64,000 nucleotides of DNA from Octopus bimaculoides (taxonomy: Eukaryota). The position numbers were made by a program, and so were the translations under genes. Positions 48,207 through 62,400 of this stretch are shown piece by piece. Below the pieces are notes generated by a model. That model had not been told where the DNA came from and ran no database searches. It saw only the letters and a program-made list of their open reading frames with translations. The stretch is from assembly GCF_001194135.2 (NCBI RefSeq), contig NC_068998.1:45027607-45091606 (forward strand), read 5' to 3'. Each line of letters begins with the position of its first letter. Within the stretch, counting starts at the first letter, position 1.

Positions 48207-49859
48207 GATCATTGTTTCCGCTACTACTACATTATTTAGGTTATTATTGTTGAAATATGCAAATAAATAACATTGTTTATAGAAATATTCAACTGAATGT
48301 TGAATATTATATTATCCTTCAGAAATGCTCAGAAGAATTATTTTAATTATACTTTTAGCAGAGTAAGGTATCTGTCAAAAGATACCTGATATCTAAATGT
48401 GTTCCTCTATTTATAGCAATTTCTTATGATATATTCATGTGAGTAGTTATAAAGTTGAATAGTTTTGTATAAAAATTAAATGAGTATCAGAAATATTTGT
48501 TCATTTTTGTGTCTTTTATTAGTAGTCACTGAATCTACCTTATACAAACAAGCATGCAAGCATTCAAAATTTAGTTTGAAATGATACATTTATATAGTAT
48601 TAAATGCAGTGATTGTAGTATGTATTTTAAGTACAATTTGTATCATGGTGATTTTCTTTTGCATATTTTTTATTGCTGAATCTGTGGATTGAAAAAGTGA
48701 AATGAATGCTATTAATGCATTTCAGTTTTTCCTTCACACTTAACACTAATTAGGTCACATGTAACCAAATACATCTACTACTTCCTATCAATCGATGGTC
48801 GTCTTCGAATCTTGGCTGTTCACAAAAATGTGCTTGTCACTCTCATGCTGCTAATTCCATGTCAGTTTACCTGAAATACTACTAGTGCTCTTTTTATCAC
48901 CATTGGTTACTCTGACTACTAATACAGAGTCCAAACTTATATCAGTCTTTCAGACTTCCTGACATTATTGAGTCAGCAAAGTCTAATATTCATTGTTTAA
49001 ACAATGTCTGAATTATTTTGCCAAGAAAGACCAAGTAAAGGCTGAATATTATTTAACATAAGATTTCATCTGCCAGTGAACATACCACTTACCTTGATTT
49101 GATGTAAACCCTTTAAGAAAGCACATTTCTCATAAATCATTTTTCTCATTGACAACCTTATAAAGTGGTACTTAATTCTGTCAAAACTTGTCTGTCTTAG
49201 AAAACGCTAATTAGTTCTTTTGCTAAGTACTTCTCATGCAATTGTCACATTAAGAATATCCTTTTAATTTTCAATTATTCTCATTACTGTATTATCAGAC
49301 CCTTTCTACCACTCATTAATGAAGTGTTGTCACTGGAAGGTATAGCAGTTTATTCTATAATCTTCTTAGCAAAGCAAACGAGAGCTATTGCACCTACCAA
49401 GAGTGTTCGTTTAAACTTCATTATAATTGCCATAAAGTATCCTGCAGAGCGTTCTCGATTCATACACTTAAAGATCATCATTTTTCAAGTGGAATGAGTT
49501 GGTAGGTTGTTGCTGTTCTACGAGATAGGTTGGAAGTTCACATTTTACTCATAATTTTCAACATCGGTCTGGTTTCTGTTGCTGGGTACCTTTCTCAACA
49601 CCAACATAGTGAACTCAATGCATTTTATCATGACACTAGAGAGGATGTATAAAGAAGATATATAAAGTCCAGCAATATAAACAAACATGCGTTTTGCACC
49701 AAAATCCCATGTGAGGTTTTTCTCATGGTATCTACCACTCTAAAGTTTTCTTCCAGCAAAGTCTCCACATTTAAATCAGGGTAAATATTACCTCTCAGTA
49801 TTAATACTGCCTCCATCACTTATATATACGAGAGAGGATATGAATGAGAGAATTGAGAG

Positions 49860-50270
49860 AGTAGTGAATAGCAAGAGGTGAATAAATGCTGGGAGCAAAT
49901 GATAGATTTCATATCGAATGGCCAGAATGGGAGGGGAGTATAAGCAGAGTGTGGGGGTCACAGGCAGATTTGATTATGTCCCTTATACATATGCTTCAGG
50001 TGCATGAAAGAATACGTGAGAAAGGGAAGTGTAAAGTGTTGGACAATGATAAGAGATGTGGTATCCCTAATCATGCTGGAAACCATGAACAGTTGAAATC
50101 CACTGCCATCCTTAGTGATGCTGGCAGTATAGTGCAATTTGAATGATTGACAGATGAGTAATAGGGGTATGAGAGATGAAGACACAGGTGATGGAAGCAT
50201 GATGGCAGAGGCATGTGTGACAGACAAATGAGTGATAGAGAGATGCGAGGTTACCAAAGAGGGTAATGAT
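49860..50270 (-). mobile_element. Possible Penelope GIY-YIG endonuclease remnant
   Basis: IRDTTSLIIVQHFTLP loosely resembles IR....SLP.AQHFN.PGH; purine-skewed and GC-richer; heavily decayed. Confidence 0.2.
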
Positions 50271-50288
50271 ATAGTTTACACTAGACTC

Positions 50289-50297
50289 ACATATATA

Positions 50298-50355
<58 letters not shown>

Positions 50356-50435
50356 CATATGCATAAGTATATACATGCACCAATATATATACATATACAT
50401 ATGCATAAGTATGTACATGCACCATGTACACACAC
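50289..50435. repeat. (TA)n/(GT)n plus imperfect CATATACATATGCATAAGTAT units; related (TA)n tract and 10-N gap at 51767-51835
   Basis: Direct observation. Confidence 0.85.
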
Positions 50436-51761
50436 AAAGTCAATAATATATAATTTATTGTCAACATATTTCCATATTCATTTATCTATTCCTCTTAATT
50501 AAAATTATATATCAAGTATTACCAAGTTATATATTTTTTCTTTATTTTGCTATTTTTTTTATCCTTGTTTATTGGAACTAAATGTCACTGTAATTTACCC
50601 CCTTATTCTTGTATGCAAAACTTTCACCATCGAAAATGTTTTGAAACATATCTACTCACTCTTTTGCATTATAATTTGCTGACATGAATAAAATCTAATG
50701 GACTCAAAATTAATAATAAATCAATTCATTCTTCTCCGTATTGTAACCATATTAAAATATTATTCCACATTATCTATTGTGTGAAGAGATTTCCTGTTTC
50801 TTTTCGGAATACCGCAACCAAACTCATGAGATATTTCTATAAGTAGTTATTTATTTATAAAATATATAAATATTATATAGCTCACTTTTAATTTCCTCTC
50901 ATCTCAAGCATTGGAAGAAAAGTACATTAACAGCTCCTGAAGCATTGCACCTAATAGCATTTACTCTCAGTTGAAAACAAAACAGTTCTGTATTGTGTTT
51001 TGCAAATACTTTCATTGTATACAATAAATTAATGTGTACAATGTTTGGTGGAATGTAAAGAAAAATAAAATCAAGCATATGACAACATTATTTGACTAAC
51101 ACATGGAACTAGCTTAATTAAAAGTTTGAAATTACTTTTTTGTTTGAATTCCAATTTATTAATTAACCTTTGTCCTTATTCTATAATTGATTTGGGGTAT
51201 GTACTATTATATCCTTGCCGCATTTCCCAAATTAAGAAATCTTGAAATGTGTATTTATAGATAATTCATGACTAGGTAATGTCAGTATGACATGCTTAAC
51301 ACAGCAGGAACATTATATTGATTAATTAAAGCCCCTATGAATTTTCAGCATTCTCTTTATATAACATTAAGGAGTATATGCATTTGAATAACTAGCGATC
51401 TTCGTTTTATAATTTGAATAACCAATATGGACAGAGGTAGTAACGGCTATAGCTTCCTAAAATAGCACAAAACACCTAAAAATAAACATAATCTGGATTA
51501 TTCTTTCGATCAATAAAGCATGAATGCATATGTCATTCTTGTTACTGAAATGGATTGCATATGTAAGGTTGGATTCCTGACTACTATTTTAAAAAAGGAA
51601 CAAATGTTATCTATTCGAAATAAACCATGATAGAATCTGCTATGAAAATTAATAATCAAAAATATAAATTACTTACAGAATACATTCAAAATTCCAAAGA
51701 AAAAGCATTTTTAATAATGATTTCTTATATTTAGGTACATGACTTCTTGTCTTCCTTTTTC

Positions 51762-51805
<44 letters not shown>

Positions 51806-52974
51806 NNNNNNNNNNTATATATATATATATATGTATATATATTTATTTATTTATCAGTATGCTGCTATTACTTTCAAGTGCAATAGAGTTTGGACTCAGA
51901 AACAAAAGGTCTCAATGTTGCAGTTTGAACTGCTTTACCCCTGTTGTAATAAAAAATATTACTCCTGGTAGAATTTGAACTCAGGAGCAAAACATCTTAA
52001 TGCTGCAGTTTAAACTACTTCAAACTTATTGATCTGTTGTCATATCTAATTATCTGTATGTCCACCCACTTCCCTGGTTACATATCCAGAGGCTAACAAT
52101 GATTTTGTAGATTTTGTTTTCTTTTTCTAAAAACTAAACCCAGGAATGTATGAATAAAAGTATTCTTTGTGACATCCTGCCAAGCAGCATTGTAATATAT
52201 TGCTAATGACTCCCTTCTTCAGTTCATGTTATATTGCCTGGCTGTACACTGAAAGTTTAATTCACTTCTGGATGATTAATTATCTACTCACTCATGTTTA
52301 ATGTCGATCTTTAATTCACAAATGTTACAACATTGTTTTTCTTGTTTCTTTCCACTTGTTTACTGTGTCCCGAGAAACTCTTACTACAACACTATCTTGT
52401 CATGTAATAAGGCAATCATAATGTTTGATCTATACTATTCTTGTTGTTTGGTAAGCTCCTTTTGTTTATTCTATTTTATACTTCATTTTTTTAATAAATC
52501 TAAATCCTGCAATTGTACATCTTCTGAATAAACTAATTTCTTAGCTTCGAATCTTTTTGTAAGGAATGACATTAGCACAATATTTATGATAGTGGTCTAC
52601 TATCTGTGAAATCGTTTAAATCTTGTTACAAGAAATTCTATTCTAAATCCTTTATTCTGCCTAGCTGAAATAAGTGTAATTTTTTTAAGATGCTGTGATT
52701 AACATTTAGAATTATTCTCCATAATTCAAATATAAACAAATTTACTTAACCATTTAACCATCGTAGCATTAAAAATGCTATTAAAACTGTAATAAATTAT
52801 TGAATTTCTTTGCTTTTCCTGTTCTCATTAAGATTACCAAACATTGTCATATACACAATTGGTGTTTTGATTAGATTTGAAAGATATGCTCATCTAGTTT
52901 TAACATTTATTTTCCTGCATTATAATAAACGACATTCTTCCTAATCGTATGTTATCATATCTAAAAGCCTCAAC

Positions 52975-53325
52975 AGCTTAAGAATACAATTTCATGATGT
53001 CTTCCCATATCTCTCATTATCTGCAATGAGTACAATCCACTTTCAGTTTATGGTAGTTTTAATCCTGCACAAATTGGCTAATGCTTTTCATGTAAGATAG
53101 CAGCTCCACATTCCAATACATCATATTCGACCCATTTCTTTCCAGTCTCCACAAATCTTTCTTTCACATACAATACTTATGTCTTACTGTTATGCATCAC
53201 TGCATTCCTATAAATATTTCATATCATCCACCTATTATACACACAGAGAAATCCTTTGTTATCAACATTGGTAACAACTTGCTAAATTTCTTCCATGCAT
53301 TTTAAAGTCTAGTACCCACACTTGC
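52975..53325 (-). mobile_element. Degenerate RTE LINE C-terminal fragment
   Basis: RL*NAWKKFSKLLPMLITKDFSVCIIG..Y resembles ARI..AWKKFRELLP.L.TKGFSL..KGRLY. Confidence 0.7.
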
Positions 53326-53334
53326 CTAACAGTG

Positions 53335-53555
53335 CCTCAGGCACTTAATATGACACTAAAGTGAAGGGATCCTCTAGTTATGTAATTGTTTGACTTGCTA
53401 TTAATAGCAATCAAATTCCTCTAAAATTACGCCCTACAATCTTAAAAGAGAAAGGACACATTAGATAATATACACTTTATCCAAACAATGAAGGTCATGG
53501 TTAAAATGCCCGTGATAACCGGTCTACTTTTTCCAGACTGACCTGGACCTATTTA
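53335..53555 (-). mobile_element. Dispersed repeat, family E (SINE-like)
   Basis: GACTTGCTATTAATAGCAATCAAAT..CTAAAATTACGCCCTACAATCTTAAAAG...CATTAGATAAT...AGACTGACCTGG, recognised as a cephalopod-type repeat. Confidence 0.45.
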
Positions 53556-53951
53556 TGCAAGAATGTTTCCGTAACTGCTTTTGTTTCTAAATATTGAACA
53601 AGATTTATTAATAGAAATGTTGAACATTTTTTGTTCAAGCTCTGAGTCCAAAGATTCTGATTTTGATTTTGATAGCCAGTTTCATCGAAGAAATTTACTT
53701 TAATACATTTTTACTAGGGAGGAATTGCTATAATTGAACTAAATTTTACAAAATCACGTACTCTAATTTATTTTGTGTATTCTTACATTTTCCATAATGC
53801 AGTAGGAGGTAATTATACAACAAATAGGAAGTGAGAGACAATAGCAAAATTAAAATGGATCTGTTTATCACTCTCTATTTCTGTCTATCTTTCACTCATA
53901 CAGTCATACACACATACACATATCATGTGTTTATATGTGTGTGTGTGTGTG

Positions 53952-53983
<32 letters not shown>

Positions 53984-55334
53984 ATTATGTGCATGTTTGC
54001 GTGTGGGGAGGTCCAAAAAACATAAGAAAGCAATCAGTAGAAGCAACAGCTGACCTTAACAAAAATACCGATAATCTAAATTCTTTCCAAAGTTACCTTT
54101 CTGTTCAATCTCTCCCCTCTCTCCCCCTCTTTCTCTCTCTCTCTCTCTCTATCTCTATCTCTCTCTATCTATCCATCATCCATCCATGCATATATGTATG
54201 TATTTCTAACTAAGAAAAACTATGATTACTTGTTGTAATAATAACATCTTTTCTTTTAACAAGCTTCTTAAAGTATACACACAAAAAATTCCTGTATTAT
54301 TTGCTGTGAAGTATATATGGCATTATGTAAATAACTGCATTTAAAATTAAACATGTTTTTCCACAGTTTAATTGTTTTTCATTATCAGTTTCATCTCATT
54401 TATGCATGATAAGCATATTTCCCATCATTATCAATGACACAGATATACTAGTCTACAAATAGATTCCTTTTCCCGCTTCTCCAGTTATGAAAAGCAACTG
54501 CATCAATACTCCTTAATGTTCAGCATTTTTATGTACGTCAGATAGTCACACCATGGTTTGCCAGCTGATGTATTGTTTAGAGGTAAAGGTCCTCCCCTGA
54601 GGCAATTAAAAGACTACATTACTTCAGCTTTGCCTTTTTCCTTTTCATTTTATTCCTTTGATTGCTAACAAAATACTAAAATATAAACGTTAAAGACATA
54701 ATGTGAAAGAAGTGACTAAAATTGTTGCTGGGATTTTCGAGTTTTAGGTTCTGTAATCAAGTATTAATTAGAACTTTTAATTAGTTTTGGTGAAATAAAA
54801 GAAGTTTCTAGTTATCTCACGGATTCAGCTTGTTGGAATGATGCCAAATTCTACACACACACACACACACACCATATGAAAGAGGAGCACGCCTTTTCTT
54901 TGACTTGTCTGTAGATTCACCTCAGAATCTATTGGTCATGTATTCAATTTGGCCAGATGATTCCAAAGATTATTAAAGCTATTTAATGATGGCACATTAA
55001 ATTAAAATTGCTACTTGGATTAAGTAGTCTGAGAAACTAGAATGTTAATTACTGACTTTCGTATATACAACTAAGTGGTTCCCAAAATGATAAATGAAAA
55101 CCTCTTACACAATTTTCAAAAAATCATAAAAACCTATCTCTATATTATAAGGACAGCTCTCAACACTCGAATTTTAATAAGACACTAACTGTAACAAAAA
55201 TTGTTTTTAGGAGAAAATGAATTCATATAAAAATCAATAATAGCAACTTATTAGTTTGAAAGTAATAAATATCATTTTTTTCTTTCGTTTTTTAGAAACT
55301 AAATTTGTTTTTAATTTTATTAAATGACACCTTA

Positions 55335-55488
55335 TCACATGAAATTTTTTCAGAAAATCTTTGAGTTCTGTAGAACCCAGTTTTAAGAATTCTGATATAG
55401 TTAATTTGTAATTGGGATGGTAGCCAAGTTCCAAAGGAAACTGAACCATTTTAAATTCATTCTTCCATACATCAAATTCTTGTGACAT
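55335..55488 (-). mobile_element. Possible mariner HTH remnant
   Basis: DVWKNEFKMVQFPLE....P resembles W.NEFK.G...L.D..R.GRP; no good splice sites. Confidence 0.3.
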
Positions 55489-56200
55489 TTGAATTTACTT
55501 AATGACATTATAGGACTTATAAAAAGTATTTTATGTAAAGTTTAGTTAAAGCATTTTGTATGAAGAGTTTGAGGGTTTATTTTTACAGCCAATATTAATT
55601 TCTCTTTTTAGTCATGTAATCCATTAAAATCTAATATTGCCCTTTCTGTTTCATTTCCTCAGTTTTTACTTCAATCTTTAATACATTGCTAAATTTAGAG
55701 AATTCTTTTTTATTTTTTAATAAGTGCACTAGTTGATTTTTTTTCCAGTCACCAAGTTTTCCTTTTACTATAAGTACTCAAAAACCTGGAAAACAACAAG
55801 AACACTTAATTTTCTAAAATTTTTAAAGCTTTCAAAATAACAAAATCAGTGGGTGAAGCAGATGGCATTAAATTGTTAAAAGACAATTTTTCAAGTTTTT
55901 AAATGATTTTTTTTTTTCAATTGACAGATATAGTTAGATCATTTCCACTTAAGTTTTGTACTTAGTCACAGATCCAGTTAATTTAAAATTTCATTGTGAC
56001 CTACTCTAAGCAGAAAAAAATAATATTGTTGACATATTTATTTCACATTTTCCCTCTTTTATTTTCAACCATACATTTTTCTAGCCATATCAAACAGAAC
56101 TGATTTGACATAGTCACCTTCAAAGTATTTGCATAGTCTAAATGAAAGTGTGTTAAGTGGTTGATCTATGTTTGTATATCATGTGTATTTATTTCTTCTA

Positions 56201-56413
56201 CTTTTTTACTTGTTTCAGCCATTTGATTGCAGCCATGCTGGAGCACTGCCTTTAGTCGAACAAATCAACCCCAGGACTTATTTTTTATAGGCCTAGTACT
56301 TATTCTATCGGTCTCTTTTGCCAGACTGCTAAGTTATGGGGATATAAACACACCAACATCGGTTGTCAAGCGGTCGTGGAGGACAAACACAGGCACACAA
56401 ATACACACACACA

Positions 56414-56488
<75 letters not shown>

Positions 56489-56636
56489 GATGGGCTTCTT
56501 TCAGTCTCTGTCTACCAAATCCACTCACAAGGCTTTGGACAGTAGAAGCCACTTGTCCAAGTTGCCATGCAGTGGGACTGAACCCAGAACCATGTAGTTA
56601 GGAGCAAGTTTCTTACCACACAGCCACTCCTGCGCC
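56201..56636 (-). mobile_element. SINE family B, near full length
   Basis: Same layout as 1715-2113. Confidence 0.92.
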
Positions 56637-56702
56637 CAAAAACATGTATACATAGTTATATGCAAAGAAGGATGGGAAGAAGAATTGATGTGCTTTAATA
56701 TC

Positions 56703-57021
56703 TTAACCCTCTTGGGAAACCCAGGCTGATTGATCAGCCCAAATGATACAAGCTGAAAGGACTTTGAGGCTGATCCATCAGCCCAGTGAAGTGTAAAAGC
56801 CAATCAGCCATGTTGAAGTGTAATAACTAATCAGAGATCGTCTTTCAATGGATATAATATAAAGCTATATAATATATACAGTTTTACAAAATAATAAAAG
56901 AGTTTTAGGTACATTATCCTTTGTTTTCTACATGTACCCATCAAATTCAATCTCAATAGAAAAAACATTTTGTTCATTTTGGCTACACATACCAAGACAC
57001 TATGTGTCTCAAAAGGGTTAA
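56703..57021. mobile_element. TTAA-flanked MITE-like element, 319 bp, with internal palindromes
   Basis: TTAA-CCCTCTTGGGA ... TCTCAAAAGGG-TTAA (9 of 11 TIR bases match). Confidence 0.55.
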
Positions 57022-57051
57022 TAAATACCAAATAATATTATAAATCAAGAA

Positions 57052-57242
57052 ATAAGATGCTGAGCAGGCAAAATACTTAGTTTCATTTCATCTGTCTTTA
57101 TCTTCTGAGTTTTAATTCCGTCAAGGTCAACTTTGCCTTTCATTTTGGGGTCGATAAAATAAGTGCCAGTTGAGCACTGGGGTCGATGTAATTGACTAAA
57201 CCTAGTCCCTGAAATTGCTGGCCCTGTGCCAAAATTTGAAAG
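57052..57242 (+). mobile_element. SINE family A copy
   Basis: CTGAGTTTAATTCCGTCAAGGTCAACTTTGCC...GCTGGCCCTGTGCCAAAATTTGAA. Confidence 0.85.
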
Positions 57243-57747
57243 GAATATTATAATCAGAAATGGAAATGGATTATCAGAATTAGTAAAGTGGCTGACAAAA
57301 CTCTTTATGTTATTCATTTGTTTAGCTTTGCATTGATGTCCTGCTAATGTCAGTTTTCTCTTTCATTTTTCTTTTGTTTGGTAAAATAAGTTCAAGACTA
57401 GTACCAGGGTTAATCAACCACTCTGTCCAACAAAATGCATGGCTTTGTGCCTACGGTAGAAATGAGTATTACAAATCAAACAGTGAATTGACAGAAATGA
57501 TAGAGCATTAAACTAACAGCAACTGGTCTCATTTCTGTACATCACTGATTCCTTTACATTTGGGTACATATGACAGGAATTTGTAATAGCACAGTTTCAG
57601 AGATTGTCTTGGGATAAAACAATCAAATGTTAGTTATAATAGATTAGAGAGTGAACACAAAATTGAGCTGATTAGATATGAAGAAACTTCATTTGAGTCC
57701 AACTTTCGAAGGGGATCTAAAACTAATCATGGTGATAATTATAATGA

Positions 57748-58108
57748 AAGTGTGGTAAGTAGCTTGTTTACCAACCACATGGTTCTGAGTTCAGTCCTGC
57801 TGCGTGGCACCTTGGGCAAGTGTCTTCTACTATGGCCTCAGGCCGACTAAAGCCTTGTGAATGGATTTGATAGACTGAAACTGAAAGAAGCCCATCATAT
57901 ATATGTATATACATATATGTGCGTTTGTATATGTTTGTGTGTTTGTCCCCACAGCATCGTTTGACAACCAATGCTGGTGTGTTTATGTCCCCGTAACTTA
58001 GCGGTTCAGCAAAACAGACCGATAGAATAAGTACTAGGCTAACGATTTGCTCGACTAAAGGCGGTGCTCCAGCATGGTCGCAGTTAAATGACTGAAACAA
58101 GTAAAAAA
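57748..58108 (+). mobile_element. SINE family B, near full length
   Basis: TGTGGTAAGTAGCTTG...GGCACCTTGGGCAAGTGTCTTCTAC...GGCGGTGCTCCAGCATGGTCGCAGTTAAATGACTGAAACAAGTAAAA. Confidence 0.93.
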
Positions 58109-59167
58109 GGAAGAAAGAAAAGATAATATTGATATGCAGACTTTTACTTCAAACAGGAAGCAAATTACTTCATTTATTAAAAATGCAAACTTTAAAGAGA
58201 TTATGTAGCTTAAATTCATAATAGATTATGATGAAGAGAGGGATGCATTTGGTTTAAATAAACATTTGTTAAAATTGAAAGATTTTAGCATTGGTAAGTT
58301 ACTAAGGTTTAATGTTTTAACCTAAAATTAATCTTTGATCATGTTGAAATGTTACACTTTAAATCAATACCATTCTTTAATCTTAGATTAAACAAAAGGT
58401 TTAATTGCAAAACAAATAGACAATATATTAAATTAATTAGTTGACACTCAAACAAATAATGCATGTCATAATATTCTTTTGTAAAAAGGAACTGTTTAGT
58501 GAGAAAAAAAGTAGAAAGCTTTTAATTAGTAGAAGATTGAAGAAATTTATCGTTCATGATTATTGATTTCTTACTTACACATAACAATTTATCATAATAT
58601 AGGCTGCAAAAGTGATTAGGGAACCAGATATTTTAAATTGTATTTTAGAAGTGGGAGATATTCTTAAGAGCAACCTCTTATGAATCATATACTGAATAGA
58701 AATTATGTAGGTAGGATGCAATGTATTAAAGAAATTGTGTTGTAAGTCAAGCAATAAAAAGGAATAGTTAAAGTTGAAGTGTATAGAAACAGCTGGAAAA
58801 TATATTTATAGACTTTAGGTTGCCAGCTACATAGGAGTAAAAACATAAAGGGAAATTATGCAAAGTAAATAATACATTATGTGAGAGTGCAGTCGATTTC
58901 TCTTCAGAGTTGGTTCTATATACTTAAACCTTTCTGCTTAGATTTATGGTTTACATTTAGGGGTGGTTTTGAGCCTTTATTCTATGTTATAAGAATATAA
59001 TATCAATAATGTCTTCAGTTAACTAATAAAATCAATTAGAAAATTGCTGACCCTGAAAGTTTATGAGAGCATAATTGTTAATTTCTACTAAAGGCAAATT
59101 ACTTCAGAGAACTTTAAACCAAACTCTAAGCAATAATAATAATGATGATAATAATAATAATAATAAG

Positions 59168-59356
59168 ACCAGCAAGTTCAGAGGATGAAGTAAGTCGATT
59201 ACATCACTCCCAGTTCTCAACTGGTCCTCATTTTATCAACCTAAAAGGATGAAAGGCAAAGTTGACCTCAGCAGAATTTGAACTCAGAGCGTAAAGATGG
59301 ACAAAATGCCGCAAAGTATTTGACGCAATACAGAAACTATTCTGCCAGCTCGCTGC
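59168..59356 (-). mobile_element. SINE family A copy between (AAT)n tracts
   Basis: Reverse strand GCAGCGAGCTGGCAGAATAG...CTGAGTTCAAATTCTGCTGAGGTCAACTTTGCC. Confidence 0.85.
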
Positions 59357-59373
59357 TTCATAATGATAATAAT

Positions 59374-59404
<31 letters not shown>

Positions 59405-62400
59405 GTAATAATAATACTAAAGTTATTATACTTGTATTTCTATTAAGTATACTACTAGATTGCATATTATAAATCCAGGTTATTTCAAAGCAACTCTCCA
59501 GAGAGTTATGAAGTTTTCTTCTTTTCAAAGCTGCTGTTTATGTTTCTGTGTGTGTGCACGTGTATGTATGTGTGCGTACACATTAATATACATGGAGGTG
59601 TACTTATGTATATGTAAAGTAACTTTTGATTGTATAATACTTTTTTCCTTTTTTGGAATTTTCCTATATATCTCTTTCCATTCTGATAGAATGGATTTTT
59701 CTGATACATGTACTGCGTAAAAGTACAGTTTTGAAAACCTTTTACTTAAAAATGATCAGATAGCTTTTCATATTTTTCTATGCTCCAAGAGTTCTATTAC
59801 TGTAAGTACTATGGTAATATCCATCACTTCTATCATCATCATTATTATTATTGTTATTAATATTATTAATTTTATCTTATTCCATTCTCACAAAAATGTC
59901 CGGCCTTGTCTTATGTTGCAATTTTTTCATATTTTATGATTATTATTATTATTACCACCTCCACCTTAGTAAAGGTGGTGGTATTGTTTTCGGTCATGCC
60001 ACACTTTAAATCTATTAGTTTCCACTATGTTTTGGCAATGTTCATTACTTATTGATGCTTCTTTTTCTTTTATTAACTTGGATTATTTTTCTACCCATTC
60101 TGTTGGATTTTATTCCACAGAAACTCTTTATCATAATGCATATAATTCGCTTTCTTGCTAGTTCATCTTAAAAATCACAGGCTTCCTCTCTGATGCTTGC
60201 TTTTCAAGGAGAACTGATTCTTATTGATTTGCTACTGGTTTGCTTTTACAACAAATGTCACTTATGTTAAGATAATAAATTTAATAATGGTTTCCTCTAT
60301 TTTAATAAATTATTTCAAATTCATTAACTGATATTGGTGTTGGTAATTTAGAAGTATGAAATGTTTGTGAAAAGTATACAACTGCTACGATTTCTGATAT
60401 TACAAATCAAATAGTCTACTGCTGGTTAATCAATACATCTTTCTATTTTTATCATACTCCAAAATAATCGATTGGCAAAAAATGTCATGAGAATAGCACC
60501 ATGTATATAGAACTTTCGTAAATGAGTGGCTATTAGAAAATATGCAGATTCATTGATATATTAAATGCTGTCTTTAGAAATTTTATTTTTATTTTTAAAA
60601 TCCAGAATGGATATAAATGAAAATGTGAGAATTTGTATAATTTTGCTATTAATCAGATCAGTTGCCATTGTATCAGCACATTGGATTTTTCTTCTTTTTT
60701 TTATCCTTGATTTAGCTACAGAAATAGTCAGCTTGATATATTTATGCAAAATTGTCTTCATAGTATTAGTTAGTTAAATTATGGCTTTTGCTGGATAAAT
60801 ATGGATGTCTGGGAAATTATGTTGCTGATAGTTTCAATCTACAGATAACACTAGATTTGTCAATTTTCCTTTATGTAAATCTAGAATTAACTATGGTGTG
60901 TCTGCTACTAGCTGCAAAGTCATATTGGATAACTATAATGTGTGAATGGCAATAATATACTTCTTTCCTGTATTATATTTACTACTTATAAAAGTTTTCT
61001 GTTGAATGCATCATAGAATTTTCTAATGTTCCTATAAAAGTGGCATATTGTTTTCTAGTTTAAAGAAATATGTTATGATTAAATATAAAGCCTAACTTTT
61101 AAGAGTGGATTAATTTTCAAAAGGCTGGTGGAAAGTGCATGATAAAGTGATAAAGAAGATATTCCTTTGAAGGAAGAAAATAGTCTTCAGATTGGTAGAA
61201 TGGTAAATCTTCAATGCATCTTGGCAGTAGTAAGTTAATCTATAAATGATGTAAAAGATATAGAAAGCTTTAAAACAATTATCATCATTTCACTTGCTCT
61301 TAATATTAAACATTTTTAATATTGTAAAATGGTGACTACTTATTTCTTTATATCCTAATAGGTTAGCAAATATCCAAATAATTTCAGTCACGACACTGGC
61401 CTTCATCAGCTGCAGAACATTTGTCTTGCATGCAGAGTTAGTGTAACAAGCATGTAATAGTTATTCAAGAGAAATTTATGTGTTAGTTATACATCAAATT
61501 CTTAGGTAGACATCATGTTGGATGGAAATTCGTTTGCAATTTAGTTCAATGGTGTGTAGGTAAACTTATCCTCACTTCTCTTCTACCTCTTCTCATTTAT
61601 CACATTCAATGAATGGAAAGATATTCATTCTGTTATTTAAAATGGGAAACACTTTGATTATTTTTCTTTGACCGATCTCATATTGCCTTGAATCCGAATA
61701 ATTATATTCATTTATAAATATTATCTCCTACCTTTTGAAGACACTATACTACTACTACCACTACTACTAATACTGCTACATAAATAATTGCACTGAATTT
61801 ATTTCAATCATGAAGTATTCGATGCTAAGGTTTTAAAATATTATACATCTAATAACTTGGCTCTGAAGAATTTACATGAGCTTATGAAATGTTCCTAAAT
61901 CTTCAGAAATATTCTCAAAAACATCCTTTCTTGGACTTTTTACATCAGTATTCTGTCTTTTGTCACACTTCTAATATTGCAGCAGATAAATCTAATTATT
62001 TTAATAGCCACCAATTTTAGATTTTTATTGTACATATGTTTATTTTATTTGTAGTTTTGAAAATTGTAGAAGTATTATTAGTAGCTATAATATTTGTACT
62101 AAATTGTGTAATCCTAGAGAAATGATTTTAGCCGTTTGGTGCAACTTAATTATAAAATGTTGTTTGACACTTAACGATATCTGACTGTCCTACTTCAGAT
62201 ATTCTAATGAGAATGGTATTACAAATATGTTTTTTTAGAAATACTTTGTGTAAATATTACTTAAAAGCTTTGTGTTATTGTTATCTCGTTATTCTATTCA
62301 TTATAGTTTCTTATCTTTTGAATATCATGTCTTCAGAATTATATAAAAAAAGACCAGAGAAAGATAATTGTAAGATATAGCAAAAAGCTAGTTTAAAATG

